Below are positions 13,700-25,600 of a stretch of DNA of 64,000 nt, one piece after another. Within the stretch, counting starts at the first letter, position 1. Each line of letters opens with the position of its first letter. The notes under the pieces are model-generated. The model ran no database searches. It was not told the DNA's origin and saw only the letters and a list, made by a program, of their open reading frames with translations. Source of the stretch: Heterodontus francisci (Eukaryota). Location of the stretch: contig NC_090374.1 in the NCBI RefSeq assembly GCF_036365525.1, positions 13,495,168 to 13,559,167 of the forward strand, written 5' to 3'. The translations under genes and the position numbers were made by a program.

Positions 13700-16600
13700 T
13701 TTTCTTCAAGCGCTTCTGTTTATTGGTTATAAATACTTTGGGAGAGATGGGCTGATTGACTGACAGTCAAGAATTATCCTTTGGGGCAATGGAGATTCTG
13801 GTTCCTTTCCGATTGGTGAACAGTGGCACCACTTGAGGATGCACCAATGGTGGGAGCATTGGGATGGAGAGGGGGAGGGGTTTGGAGGTCATGTGATGAG
13901 ACCTCCAGGAATACAGCCGACCAGAGTTGGGGAACCCAATAACAGAGATGAATCACCCGGTCCCAACTGCCTTTGGTTCACACACAGGAGAATGACCTTC
14001 GGAGGCTGATGGAAGAGGAGGAGGGGAGACAATTAAAATAGTATTTTGAAAGGAAAGCAATGACTCACTCTCTTCTGAATCAGCGACTGTGGGTTTCTTG
14101 CTACCTTGAACTGAAGGAGAATGTTCCGTTAGTCGAGAGGCTGAATTTTAAATATGAAAAATATTTTGAACATCGGTTTATAGCCACTTACCTTTTTTGC
14201 TGCTGTCAGTCATTATGCTGGCATAAGTACAGGAATCAGGCTGAGCTGTAAGACAAACAGAATCCACTCTGAAACTGCCTGACTGATTTAACCTCCTCAC
14301 TCTGGAATCATAGAATCTTACAGCACAACATCAACGGGTATTGATATAGCACTTTTAACATAGAAAAAGGTCACAAAACACTTCATAGTAAACAGACTAA
14401 AATTTGGCACTGAGTCACAAAGACGGACATTGGAACAGATGACCAAACACTTGGTCAAACAGGTCGGGTCGGTTTAAGGAGCCACTTAAAAGGAGAGAAG
14501 AGAAGTACAGAGGCGGAGAGGTTTCGAGAGGGAATCCCAGAGCTCAGGGGCCAGGTGGATGAAGGCGCGGCCACCAATAGTGTTACAATGAGAATCAGAG
14601 ATGGGCAAGGGGCCAGAATTGAAGAAGTTCAGAATTCTCGGAGGATTGTAAGGTTAGAGGAGGTTACAGAGATAGGGAGGTGCAAGGCAATGGACAGATT
14701 TGAACACAGAAATAAAAACAAGAAAGTGATGGAAATACTCAGCAGATCTGGCAGAATCTGTGGAGAGAGCAGCAGAGTTAACGTTTCAGGTCTGCGACCC
14801 TTCATCAGTTTTTCCAGTCTCTACAAGTGACTGAAGACTTTCACCCCAGGACCGTTGGAGTAAATCTTCCCTGCACCCTCTCCAGGGGCTTGACATCCTT
14901 CCTAAAGTGTTTGCCACAACACTCCAGCTGGGGCCTTACCAGGGTTTTGTTAAGGTTTAGCATAACTTCCTTGCTTTTATACTCTGTGCCTCTGTTTATA
15001 AAAACACGGATTCTGTATGTCTTTTTAACATCCATCTCAATTAGTCCTTCAAAGACTTGTAAATGCACACTCCCACATCACTCTGTTTATGCAATTCCTT
15101 CAGAATTGTACCATTTAGTTCTCACTGTCTCTTTCACACTTCTCTGCATTCAGTTTCATCTGCCAAATGTCTGTCCATTTCACTGGTCCGTCTATGTTCT
15201 CCTGAGTCTGTTATTATCCTCCTTACGACATTTCAGAGTTTCATGTCATCTGTATACTTTGAAATTATGCCCTGTATGCTCAAGTCCAGGTTATTTAACA
15301 TATAGAGCACTGGTTTCCCCAATATTGTTCACTTCCCTCCTGTCTGAAAAACAACTGCTCAACACGACTCTCTGCTTCTGACCGTCAGCCAATTTCATAA
15401 CCACACAGCCAATAACCCTTTCAGCTCACGAGCTTCAATTTTTCTAACAAATTTATCATGTGATTCTTTATCAAACATCTTTTGAAAGTCCATATACATA
15501 ATATTAACCAGACATGGAATATAAGCAACATGGATACGAAATTGGCTGAGTGACAGGAAACAGAAAGTCGTGGTTAATGGATGTTTCTTGGACTGGAGGA
15601 AGGTTTTTATGAAATTCCCCAGGGGTCAGTGTTAGGACTCTTGCTCTTCCTGATATATATTAATGACCCAGTCATTGGTGTACAGGGCACCATTTCAAAA
15701 TTTGTGGATGATACAAAACTTGGAAACAATGTGATCTTTGAGGAGGATAGTGCAGAACTTCAAAAGGTTGTTGGAATGGGTGATCAAGTGGCAGATGAAA
15801 TTTAATGCAAAGAAGTGTGAAGTGATTCATTTTGGTAGGAAGAACGCAGAGAAACAATATAAAATAAAGGATACAGTTCTAAAGCGGGTGCAGGGGCAGA
15901 GGGACCTGCGTGTATATATTGAAGGTGGTAGGTCAGATTAAGAAAATGGTTTATTAATAGGGGCCTAGAGTACAAAAGCAAGGAAGTTGTATGAAACTTG
16001 TATAGAACACTGCTTCGGTCTCAACTGGAGTATTGTGTCCAATTCTGGATGCCACACTTTAGGAAAGATGTGAAGGCATTAGAAAAAGTGCAGAAAAGAT
16101 TCACAAGAATGGTTCCAGGGATGAGGAACTTCAGTTACGTTGATAGTTTGGAGAAGTTGGGACTGTTTTCCTTGGAGAAAAGAAGGTTGAAAGGAGATTT
16201 GATAGAGGTATTAAAAACCATGAGGTGTCTGGAAAGCGTAGATAGGGAAAAACTGTTCCCATTGGTGGAGGGATCAAGAACAAGAGAGAACAGATTTAAG
16301 GTAATTGGCAAAAGAAGCAATGGTGACATGAAAAACATTTTTATGCAGCAAGTGGTTAGGATCTGGAATACACTGCCTGAGAGGGTGGTGGAGGCAGGTT
16401 CAATCGAGGCATTCAAGAGGGAATTGAATTATAATCTGAAAAGTGAGAATGTGCAGGGCTACAAGGAGAAGGTAGGGAGTGGCCAGTGCAGACATGATGG
16501 GCCGAAAGGCCTCATTCTATGCTGTAACAATTTTGTGATTCCGTGACATCCTTACGGATGAGCCCAGATGTGCTGCTGGGGGCTAATGGGGCAGTGTAGA

Positions 16601-19600
16601 GTCATTGAGTTATACAGCACAGAAACAGGCCCTTCGTGCATTTGTTTCAATGCGAGAAGTATAACAGGTAAGGCAGATGAACTTAGAGCTTGGATTAGTA
16701 CTTGGAACTATGATGTTGTTGCTATTACAGAAACTTGGTTGAGGGAAGGACAGGATTGGCAGCTAAATGTTCCGGGATTTAGAAGCTTCAGGCGGGATAG
16801 AGGGGGATGTAAAAGGGGTGGGGGAGTTGCATTACTGGTTAAGGAGAATATCGCAGCTGTACTGCGGGAGGACACCTCAGAGGGATCATGCAGTGAGGCA
16901 ATATGGGTGGAGCTCAGGAATAGGAAGGGTGCAATCACGATGTTGGGGGTTTACTACAGGCCTCCCAACAGCCAGCAGGAGATAGAGGAGCAGATATGTA
17001 GACAGATTTTGGAAAGATGTAAAAGCAACAGGGTTGTAGTGGTGGGTGATTTTAACTTCCCCTATATTGACTGGAACTCACTTAGTGCTAGGGGCTTGGA
17101 TGGGGCAGAATTTGTAAGGAGCATCCAGGAGGGCTTCTTGTAACAATATGTAGATAGTCCAACTAGGGAAGGGGCCATACTGGACCTGGTATTGGGGAAT
17201 GAGCCCAGCCAGGTAGTCAAAGTTTCAGTAGGGGAGCATTTCGGGAACAGTGATCATAATTCCGTAGGTTTTAAGGTACTTGTGGATAAGGATAAGAGTA
17301 GTCCTCGGGTGAAGGTGCTAAATTGGTGGAAGGCTAATTATAACAATATTAGGCAGAAACTGAAGAATTTAGATTGGAGGCGGCTGTTTGAGGGTAAATC
17401 AACATCTGACATGTGGGAGTCTTTCAAACGTCAGTTGATTAGAATCCAGGACCAGCATGTTCCTGTGAGGAAGAAGGATAAGTTTGGCAAGTTTCGGGAA
17501 TCTTGGATAACGCAAGATATTGTGAGCCTAGTCAAAAGGAAAAAGGAAGCATTCGTAAGGGCTGGAAGGCGAGGAACAGACGAAGCCCTTAAGTAATATA
17601 AAGACAGTAGGAAGGGACTTAAGCAAGGAGTCAGGAGGGCTAAAAGGGGTCATGAAAAGTCATTGGCAAACAGGATTAAGGAAATTCCCAAGGCGTTTTA
17701 TACGTATATAAAGAGCAAGAGGGTAACCAGGGAAAGGGTTGGCCCACTCAAGGACAGAGAAGGGAATGTGTGGAGCCAGAGGAAATGGGCGAGGTACTAA
17801 ATGAGTACTTTGCATCAGAATTCACCAAAGAGAAGGACTGGGTGGATGATGAGTCTAGGGAAGGGAGTGTAGATAGTCTCGGTCATGTCTTTATCAAAAA
17901 GGAGGAGGTGTTGGGCATCTTGCAAAGCATTAAGGTAGATAAGTCCCCAGGGCCTGATGGGATCTACCCCAGAATACTGAGGGAGGCAAGGGAAGAAATT
18001 GCTGGGGCCTTGACAGAAATCTTTGTATCCTCATTGGCTACAGGTGAGGTCCCAGAGGACTGGAGAATAGCCAATGTTGTTCCTTTGTTTAAGAAGGGTA
18101 GCAAGGATAATCCAGGAAATTATAGGCCGGTGAGCCTTACATCAGTGGTAGGGAAATTATTAGAGAGGATTCTTCGGGACAGGATTTACTCCCATTTGGA
18201 AACAAACGAACTTATTAGCGAGAGGCAGCATGGTTTTGTGAAGGGGAGGTTGTGTCTCACGAACTTGATTGAGTTTTTTGAGGAAGTGATGAAGATGAAG
18301 GAAGGGCAGTGGATGTTATCTATATGGACTTCAGTAATCTGTATGGACTTCAGACAAGGTCCCTCATGGCAGACTGGTACAAAAGGTGAAGTCACACGGG
18401 AGCAGAGGTGAGCTATCAAGATGGATACAGAACTGGCTCGGTCATAGAAGACAGAGGGTAGCAGTGGAAGGGTGCTTTTCTGAATGGAGGGATGTGACTA
18501 GTGGTATTCCGCAGGGATCAGTGCTGGGACCTTTGCTGTTTGTAGTATATATAAATGATTTGGAGGAAAATGTAGCTGGTCTGATTAGTAAGTTTGCGGA
18601 CGACACAAAGGTTGGTGGAGTTGCGGATAGTGATGAGGATTGTCGGAGGATACAGCAGGATATAAATCGGTTGGAGACTTGGGTGGAGAAATGGCAGATG
18701 GAGTTTAATCCGGACAAATGTGAGGTAATGCATTTTGGAAGGTCTAATGCAGGTGGGACGTATACAGTAAATGGCAGAACCCTTAGGAGTATTGACAGGC
18801 AGAGAAATCTGGGCGTATAGGTCCACAGGTCACTGAAAGTGGCAACGCAGGTGGATAAGGTAGTCAAGAAGGCATACGACATGCTTGCCTTCATCGGTCG
18901 GGGCATAGAGTATAAAAATTGGCAAGTCATGCTGCAGCTGTACAGAACTTTAGTTAGGCCACACTTAGAATATTGCGTGCAATTCTGGTCGCCGCACTAC
19001 CAGAAGGATGTGGAGGCTTTGGAGAGGGTACAGAAGAGGTTTACCAGGATGTTGCCTGGTCTGGAGGGCATTAGCTATGAGGAGAGGTTGGATAAACTCG
19101 GATTGTTTTCACTGGAACGACGGAGGTGGAGGGGCGACATGATAGAGGTTTACAAAGTTATGAGCGGCATGGACAGAGTGGACAGTCAGAAGCTTTTTCC
19201 CAGTTTGGAACAGTCAGTTACTAGGGGACATAGGTTTAAGGTGAGAGGGACAAAGTTTAGAGGGGATGTGCGAGGCAAGTTCTTTACACAGAGGGTGGTG
19301 AGTGCCTGGAACCTGCTGCCGGGGGAGGTGGTGGAAGCAGGTACGATAGCGACATTTAAGAGGCATCATGACAAATACATAAATAGGATGGGAATAGAGG
19401 GATACGGTCCCTGGAAGTGCAGAAGGTTTTAGTTTAGGCAGGCATCAAGATCGGCGCAGGCTTGGAGGGCCGAATGGCTTGTTCCTGTGCTGTACTGTTC
19501 TTTGTTCAAAGGCGACTAACAGCCCAGTCCTCTGGGCAAGATCGATCCGGTTCCGGACCTGGTGGATGTTGTCCTGGATGGACCGGCTCGGGACTGTGTA

Positions 19601-22600
19601 GGAATGGTCAGGTTGGATCATGTGGGCCAGCACGGAGCCCAGGCGGGTAGACAACGCCCGGGCAAAGATCTTATAATCCGTGCTGAGGACTGAGAAATTG
19701 TGAAATCTGCAGTGAGACCTGCTGCTGCCGTTGATGTTGAGGCTGGCTATGGTTATCTTCATGTCAAAGGTACTTAAAGACCGTCACCAATACCTCACTG
19801 TGAGGCAGCAGCAGACGTGCACCTGGCTTTCCACTCTCCCATTGAGGAACGCATTAAATCGGTGCCTCTCAACCAGTTTCACACCCGTGCCCTTCCTCTC
19901 TTTCTTGAGGGTGGCACGGACAGACTGAATGATCAGCGCCAGATTTGACCAACGGCCGAGGGCCAGCTGAACTTTAGTGCAGCACCCCTTGCAAGCCACG
20001 AGGAAATCCTGGAGTTCCTCTGTGGGGATGAGAGGAGACTCGGTGGGAGGCACGAGGGACTCCACCACCTCACTGGCGATGGAATCAAGATCGTCCTCCG
20101 TGCCCTACACTGAGTCCCCAGCCTCTTCCGGGTCGTCACTGCCAGTGGCCAACACACCCATCACACACTGTGGGGCGGACATCCCAGCCACGCCAGCTGG
20201 TCCCACCTCCGTCACGATCCCACCCCCAGGATCGATGGCGGAGGAGTCTTCTCTGGGTTCTCGTGTGGAACTGGAGCCTTTGGGCGCCAGCGGCTCAGGA
20301 CCCCCCTACACCTCCGTCCCCAGGCCAATGAGGGGAGATGGAAATTCCCAACTTCAGAAATTCAACCAGAGCCGAGACCAGAGGTGGAGAGACGAGGTCA
20401 TCTCCTGCCCCATCAGCACCCACAGGCCCAGCAGATGGGGCAGCACTTTCAGTTATAACTGGGTCGTGTATGTCCTGGTCCAGAGTGGATTTTGGCTGGG
20501 AGGTCCGACATTTTAGGGCCTCGCCCTCCCCTCCATTTAGGGCACCTGACCCAGTGGCAGAATAGGAGGCGTCCCCAGGCTCCCCTACCACAAGTAGAGC
20601 TCCACTTGCACCAACAGGAGGGGCATTATGTACAGGAGCCTCCACCTCCCCTCTATCCTGAGGGGTAGGGAGCTGCTGCCCAGACTTTTCAGCCTTGATG
20701 TTGGTGGTGATGGGGGGAACCTGGGGACCCGAAATAGGAGACAGCTTCCCTCCAACAGACGGGCCCTGCGGTGCAGGGCCCTGTGATACCTCTGTGGAGG
20801 GGTGCCTTCTCCTCTTTTTCCCACTTGGGCGTGGAGGCTCAGAGACCTCCATGTCATCAGAGGCCTCCGCCTCCTCCATTTTTTTTAGCTACCCTGGGCC
20901 TGAGCCCAGCCCTGGGGAAGGTGGGTTCCCGAGGAACGGGCCTTAGGCTGAGCTCAGGCTCGGGTTGTGTCATGGTGTCCAGGGGACGCGCCTCATAGTG
21001 TTTATTTTTGCTCAGCACCTTCCTTCCACTCGGACAGGCACCCCCCTCCCTGCCGGAGGCCGTGAAGACCACAGCCTCCGGTACTGACTGAGCAGTGTCT
21101 GTAGGGGTAGGGGGAGTGGGAGGAGATGCTGTGGCGCCACCCTGGGCTGCCGAGGTGGAGTTGGCAGCTGGGAGGTTGGGATAGTTCTTACGAACATGCC
21201 CCAGCCCCTTGCAGACATGGTACCGCGTCCCATCCAAAGTCCAGAAGGCGCAGTAGGCTGTTCCCTGGAACTCCACATTGAAGTGGCCCTCCAAGACCTC
21301 CTCCCTAACCAGCTGCATAAATATCTGATGGCAGAAGGAGTACACATGCCGGAGGCTGTTTTCCCGAAGACCAAGCGGGACTGGGGTAAGCCCTGACTTC
21401 ACCTCCCCCAGATGGTGCATGTGGGGGAGGAGCAGCTCACTGGGAATGAAGGGTGGGACATTAGACAACATTATCCACTGCGCAGTGGCCCCCAGAGGGT
21501 CCACCGGCAGGGAGGTCCCCCGCACAGTGAGCCCCTTACTCAGGGCCAGAGACGCCGCCCGCTCGGTCTTCAGGAAGAACACAGCCTTCCCGTACATCTT
21601 CGAGCTGCAACAACAGACGAGGGGCCGACAACCTTGGCCATCACCTTTATGCAAGCCTCAGTAGACATGTTGGGGTGGGCACTGCTCTTTACCCCATGAC
21701 CAGAAGTGAGCAGCTTGAATGGTGATGGGGCCACATGGGTGGCTGCAGAGACTGCAGCCGCATAGGTGTTAGAGGGCCCCGCCACCGGCACAGATGGACT
21801 TGCCATGGGTCAAGAGCTAAACCCCACCCCAATTGTAGGCCTACAGATTTCAAATAAAGCAAGCAAATTAGTAAATAAATGTATAATAAGTTAGGGGAGA
21901 GGCAGAGGGATACTGAAGAGGAAAAGAGAGGCTGGGAGTGCTGACTTGTTTTACCAAAGTGGTATGACAGATAACAGTTCAATCAAGCAGTCCTTCACAA
22001 GTTCTTCTGGTCTTCCAGTTGGGGAGAGGTGTCTTCACCTGGGTCAGCCGAAAACTGCCCACGCACTTTCTGTCTTCTGCTTTCTTCTTAGCCAGGCAGC
22101 TTCAGCTGACCCAGGCTGGGCAATCGGGGTGGGGGGAGGGAGCTTCCTTGTATATTTAGTGCAACTGCACAGCTCCCTGCAGAATTGTGCAGCCCCTACC
22201 CCTTGTTCTTCCGGCCTCTCCAACCTCTCCCAACAGTCCAAATAAATATAAGTTTGGTGCTCAACACCCACCTCGAAATACAGACGTATTCCAAAGTCTT
22301 TCCTCTGCAGCAAAAGTTGTTTGAAAGTTTTTGCAGTTCTCTCCTCAGCACTCCCTCTCCAGCAACACCTCCAGCAACTGACTGCAGAACTGTCAGCTTC
22401 ACCTCGTTGAGGCACTCAGCACTCAGGCTTCCCAATCAGAGAGGAGCCAACCGCGTTTTTTTTCTTTTTTTTTTATAAGGTGGCCTTTATACCGCAGGCC
22501 CCATTTACGTATTTTATGTCGAGGGGGCCTTTATTTTCCAGGCCCTCTTTATATACATTTTATAAAAATAACTTTTTTTGAAAAACAGATAAATAAAACA

Positions 22601-25600
22601 AAACTCACAGTGGCACAGTGGTTAGCACCACAGCTCCAGCGACCCGGGTTCAATTCTGGGTACTGCCTGTGTGGAGTTTGCAAGTTCTCCCTGTGTCTGC
22701 GTGGGTTTCCTCCCACATGCCAAAGACTTGCAGGTTGATAGGTAAATTGGCCATTAGCAATTGCCCCTAGTATAGGTAGGTGGTAGGGAAATATAGGGAC
22801 AGGTGGGGATGTGGTAGGAATATGGAATTAGTGTAGGATTAGTATAAATGGGTGGTTGATGGTCGGCACAGACTCGGTGGGCCGAAGGGCCTGTTTCAGT
22901 GCTGTATCTCTAAACTAAACTAAAATGCCATTTTCGCGTCAATTATGTGCTCCAGTCCCTGCGGTGCCCACCTGTCACAGAAGGCCTCAAGCGTATCGAC
23001 GGACACCACATGCTCCTTCTCCAGGGACACCTGGGCGCGAACATAACCTCAGAAGAGGGGCAAGCAATCAGGGAGGGCGGACCCCCTAGATGGCCCACAG
23101 CCTGGACCAATGAGTTGCCATCTTGGCCAGGCCCAGGAGCAGACCGACGAGGAGATCCTCCTCCCAGCCCACGCCCCCTCCGCACCAGGTGCCCAAAGAT
23201 CAGGAGCGTGGGGCTGAAGTGCAATCCAGACCTGAGGAGCAACCCCTTCAAATACTCAAACAGGGGCTGCAACCTCGCACACTCCATATACACGTGGAAC
23301 ACAGACTCGTCCAGGCCGCAGAAATTACAGGCGGCCTGGGAGTCCGTGAACCTACTTAAAAGTCTATTGCATGGGACAGCCCTGTGCAACACCCTCCACC
23401 CCAGGTCCCCGATGTAAAGGGGGAAGAATCCCACGTAGAGAGACCTCCACCGGGGTTTCCCCTTGCCGCCAGATGGCAACACGGACTGCCAGGGCATGTC
23501 CAGCTGGCTGTCAAGGGCAAGGAAGTGGAGAGTGTGCAGGAGCAGCCTGTAGAGGAAACCCCTCCGCGCCAACTGGAATGGCATTTCCCCAGCCAACTCC
23601 GTGCTGTACCTGTCCTGGGAGTGTTTGATGGGACGGTGTAGAGGGAGCTTTACTCTGTATCTATTCCGGTGCTGCACCTGCCTGGGATTGTTTGATAGAA
23701 CAGTGTAAAAATGTTCGATTCCCCAGCATTATCATCTCTCCAATTGACAAAAATTCATCACAACTCCAAGCTAATGAGAGCAGTGTAGCTTCTCCATTTC
23801 CCCGATCATGGTGATGTGACACAGGACATGGTGCTGGCCAGGATCCACAATATGAAGCAGCTCCTGTTGAGACAGTTCATGGTCACTCAAACCTGAACTG
23901 GGAGTTCTCATTTGGGATAACTTTCTGACGATGGGACCGGCATGAACCCTGAGAGTTGACCAGTCTGTCATTGCAGCAGCAAACACTCCCTGGTCTGGTT
24001 ACCATACCCATGGATACATCAATCCTGAAGGACATGGGGAGGGAGTGGGATAGATTTGAAACAAATGTCTTGTATATATAAATGGAGATATTCACTCACG
24101 GTCTTCTGAAGCACTGATTGTGAATCTCTTGCCAACTTTAACCAAAACAAGAAGTTCTGTTAGTTGGAGGATGAAATCTGAATATAAAATAAATAACAGC
24201 TCTAAACCATTAAGGTGCAGCTGCGTACCTGTTCGGTTGGTATCAATCTCGGCGTAGGTGCAGGAATCGTCTTGTGCTGTAAGACAAACAGGAGTGAAAT
24301 AGTGTCATTCGTCCGACATATTTGTCCTTTGGTGTCAGCCGTGCCTCAGTGAACGACACACTCGCCTCAGAGTCTAAAGGTTGTTGGTTCAAATCCCCAC
24401 TCGGGAGACCTGAACACAAAATCTAGGCTGATACTTCAGTAAAGTACATAGGGGACAGTAGTGTAGTGGCAATGTTACTGGACATATCCAGGGGACTGGA
24501 CTAATGCTCAGGAGACATGAGTTCAAATCCCAACACGGCAGCTGGTGGAATTTAAATTCAGTTAGTTAAAAAAACTGGAATAAAAAGTAGTGATAATCAT
24601 GAAACTATCGCATTGTCATAAAAACCCATCTGGTTCATAAACATCATTTAGGGAAGGAAATCTGCTGTCCTTACTCAGTCTGGCCTGCATGTGACTCCAG
24701 ATCCACAGCAATGTGGTTGACTCTTAACTGCCCTCTGAAACGATCTGGCAAGCTACTCAGTTCTATCTAAGGGCAACTATGTGGGCATGAAAGCTGAGCT
24801 AGTTGAAGTGAACTGGGTTACTAGGCTTGGAGATAGATCAATAGAGAAGCAGAGGCAGATATTTAACAGCATGTTTCAGAATACTCAGAATAAGTATATT
24901 ACGACTCTAAAGAAAAATTCTAAGGGGAGGACCCACCATCCGTGGTTAAGGAAAGCATCAAACTTAAGGAAAAAGCATATAATTGTGCAAAGATGAGTGG
25001 CGGTTCAGATGATTGGTCAGAATATAAAGAATGGCAGTGAATGACGAAAAGGTTAATCAGGAGAAAGAAATTAGAGTATGAGAGGAAGCTAACTAGAATG
25101 TAAAAATGGATAGCAAGAGTTCCTACAGGTATTTAAAAAAGAAAAGAATAAGTAAAGACCTTCTCGAGAGTGAGAATGGGGAGCTTATAGTTGATAATAA
25201 GGAAATGGCACATGAAATAAGCAAACATTTTGCTTCTGTCTTCTATAGACGATACAAAACACATTCCAGTAATAGCTGTCAATCAGGAGGTGGAGGAAAG
25301 AGAGGAACTTGGTGAAATTACAATCACTAGGGAAGCGGTACTGAGCAAACTGATGGTGCTGCGGACTGACAAGTCCCCGGGTCCTGATGGACTTCATCCT
25401 AGGGTCTTACAAGAGGTGGCTAATGAGGTAGTAGATGTGTTGGCGTTAATTTTTCAAAATTCACTAGATTCTGGTAAGGTTCCATCAGCCTGGAAAATAG
25501 CAAATATAACTCCTCTATTCAAGAAGGGGGGCGGTGGTGGCAGAAAACAGGTAACTACAGGCGAGTTAGCTTGACATCTATTGTGGGGAAGGTGTTCGAA

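Noticed and set aside
13883-13907. 8-bp hairpin (TGGAGGTC/GACCTCCA) in the 3' UTR
   Set aside because: Short, with no recognised element; expected by chance.
14111-14140. Longer 72-bp version of exon B1
   Set aside because: It would leave a 51-nt intron. The 14110 acceptor has a CTAAC branch point and matches the paralogous exon length.
22606-22665. tRNA genes
   Set aside because: The A/B boxes belong to SINE heads and there is no full cloverleaf.
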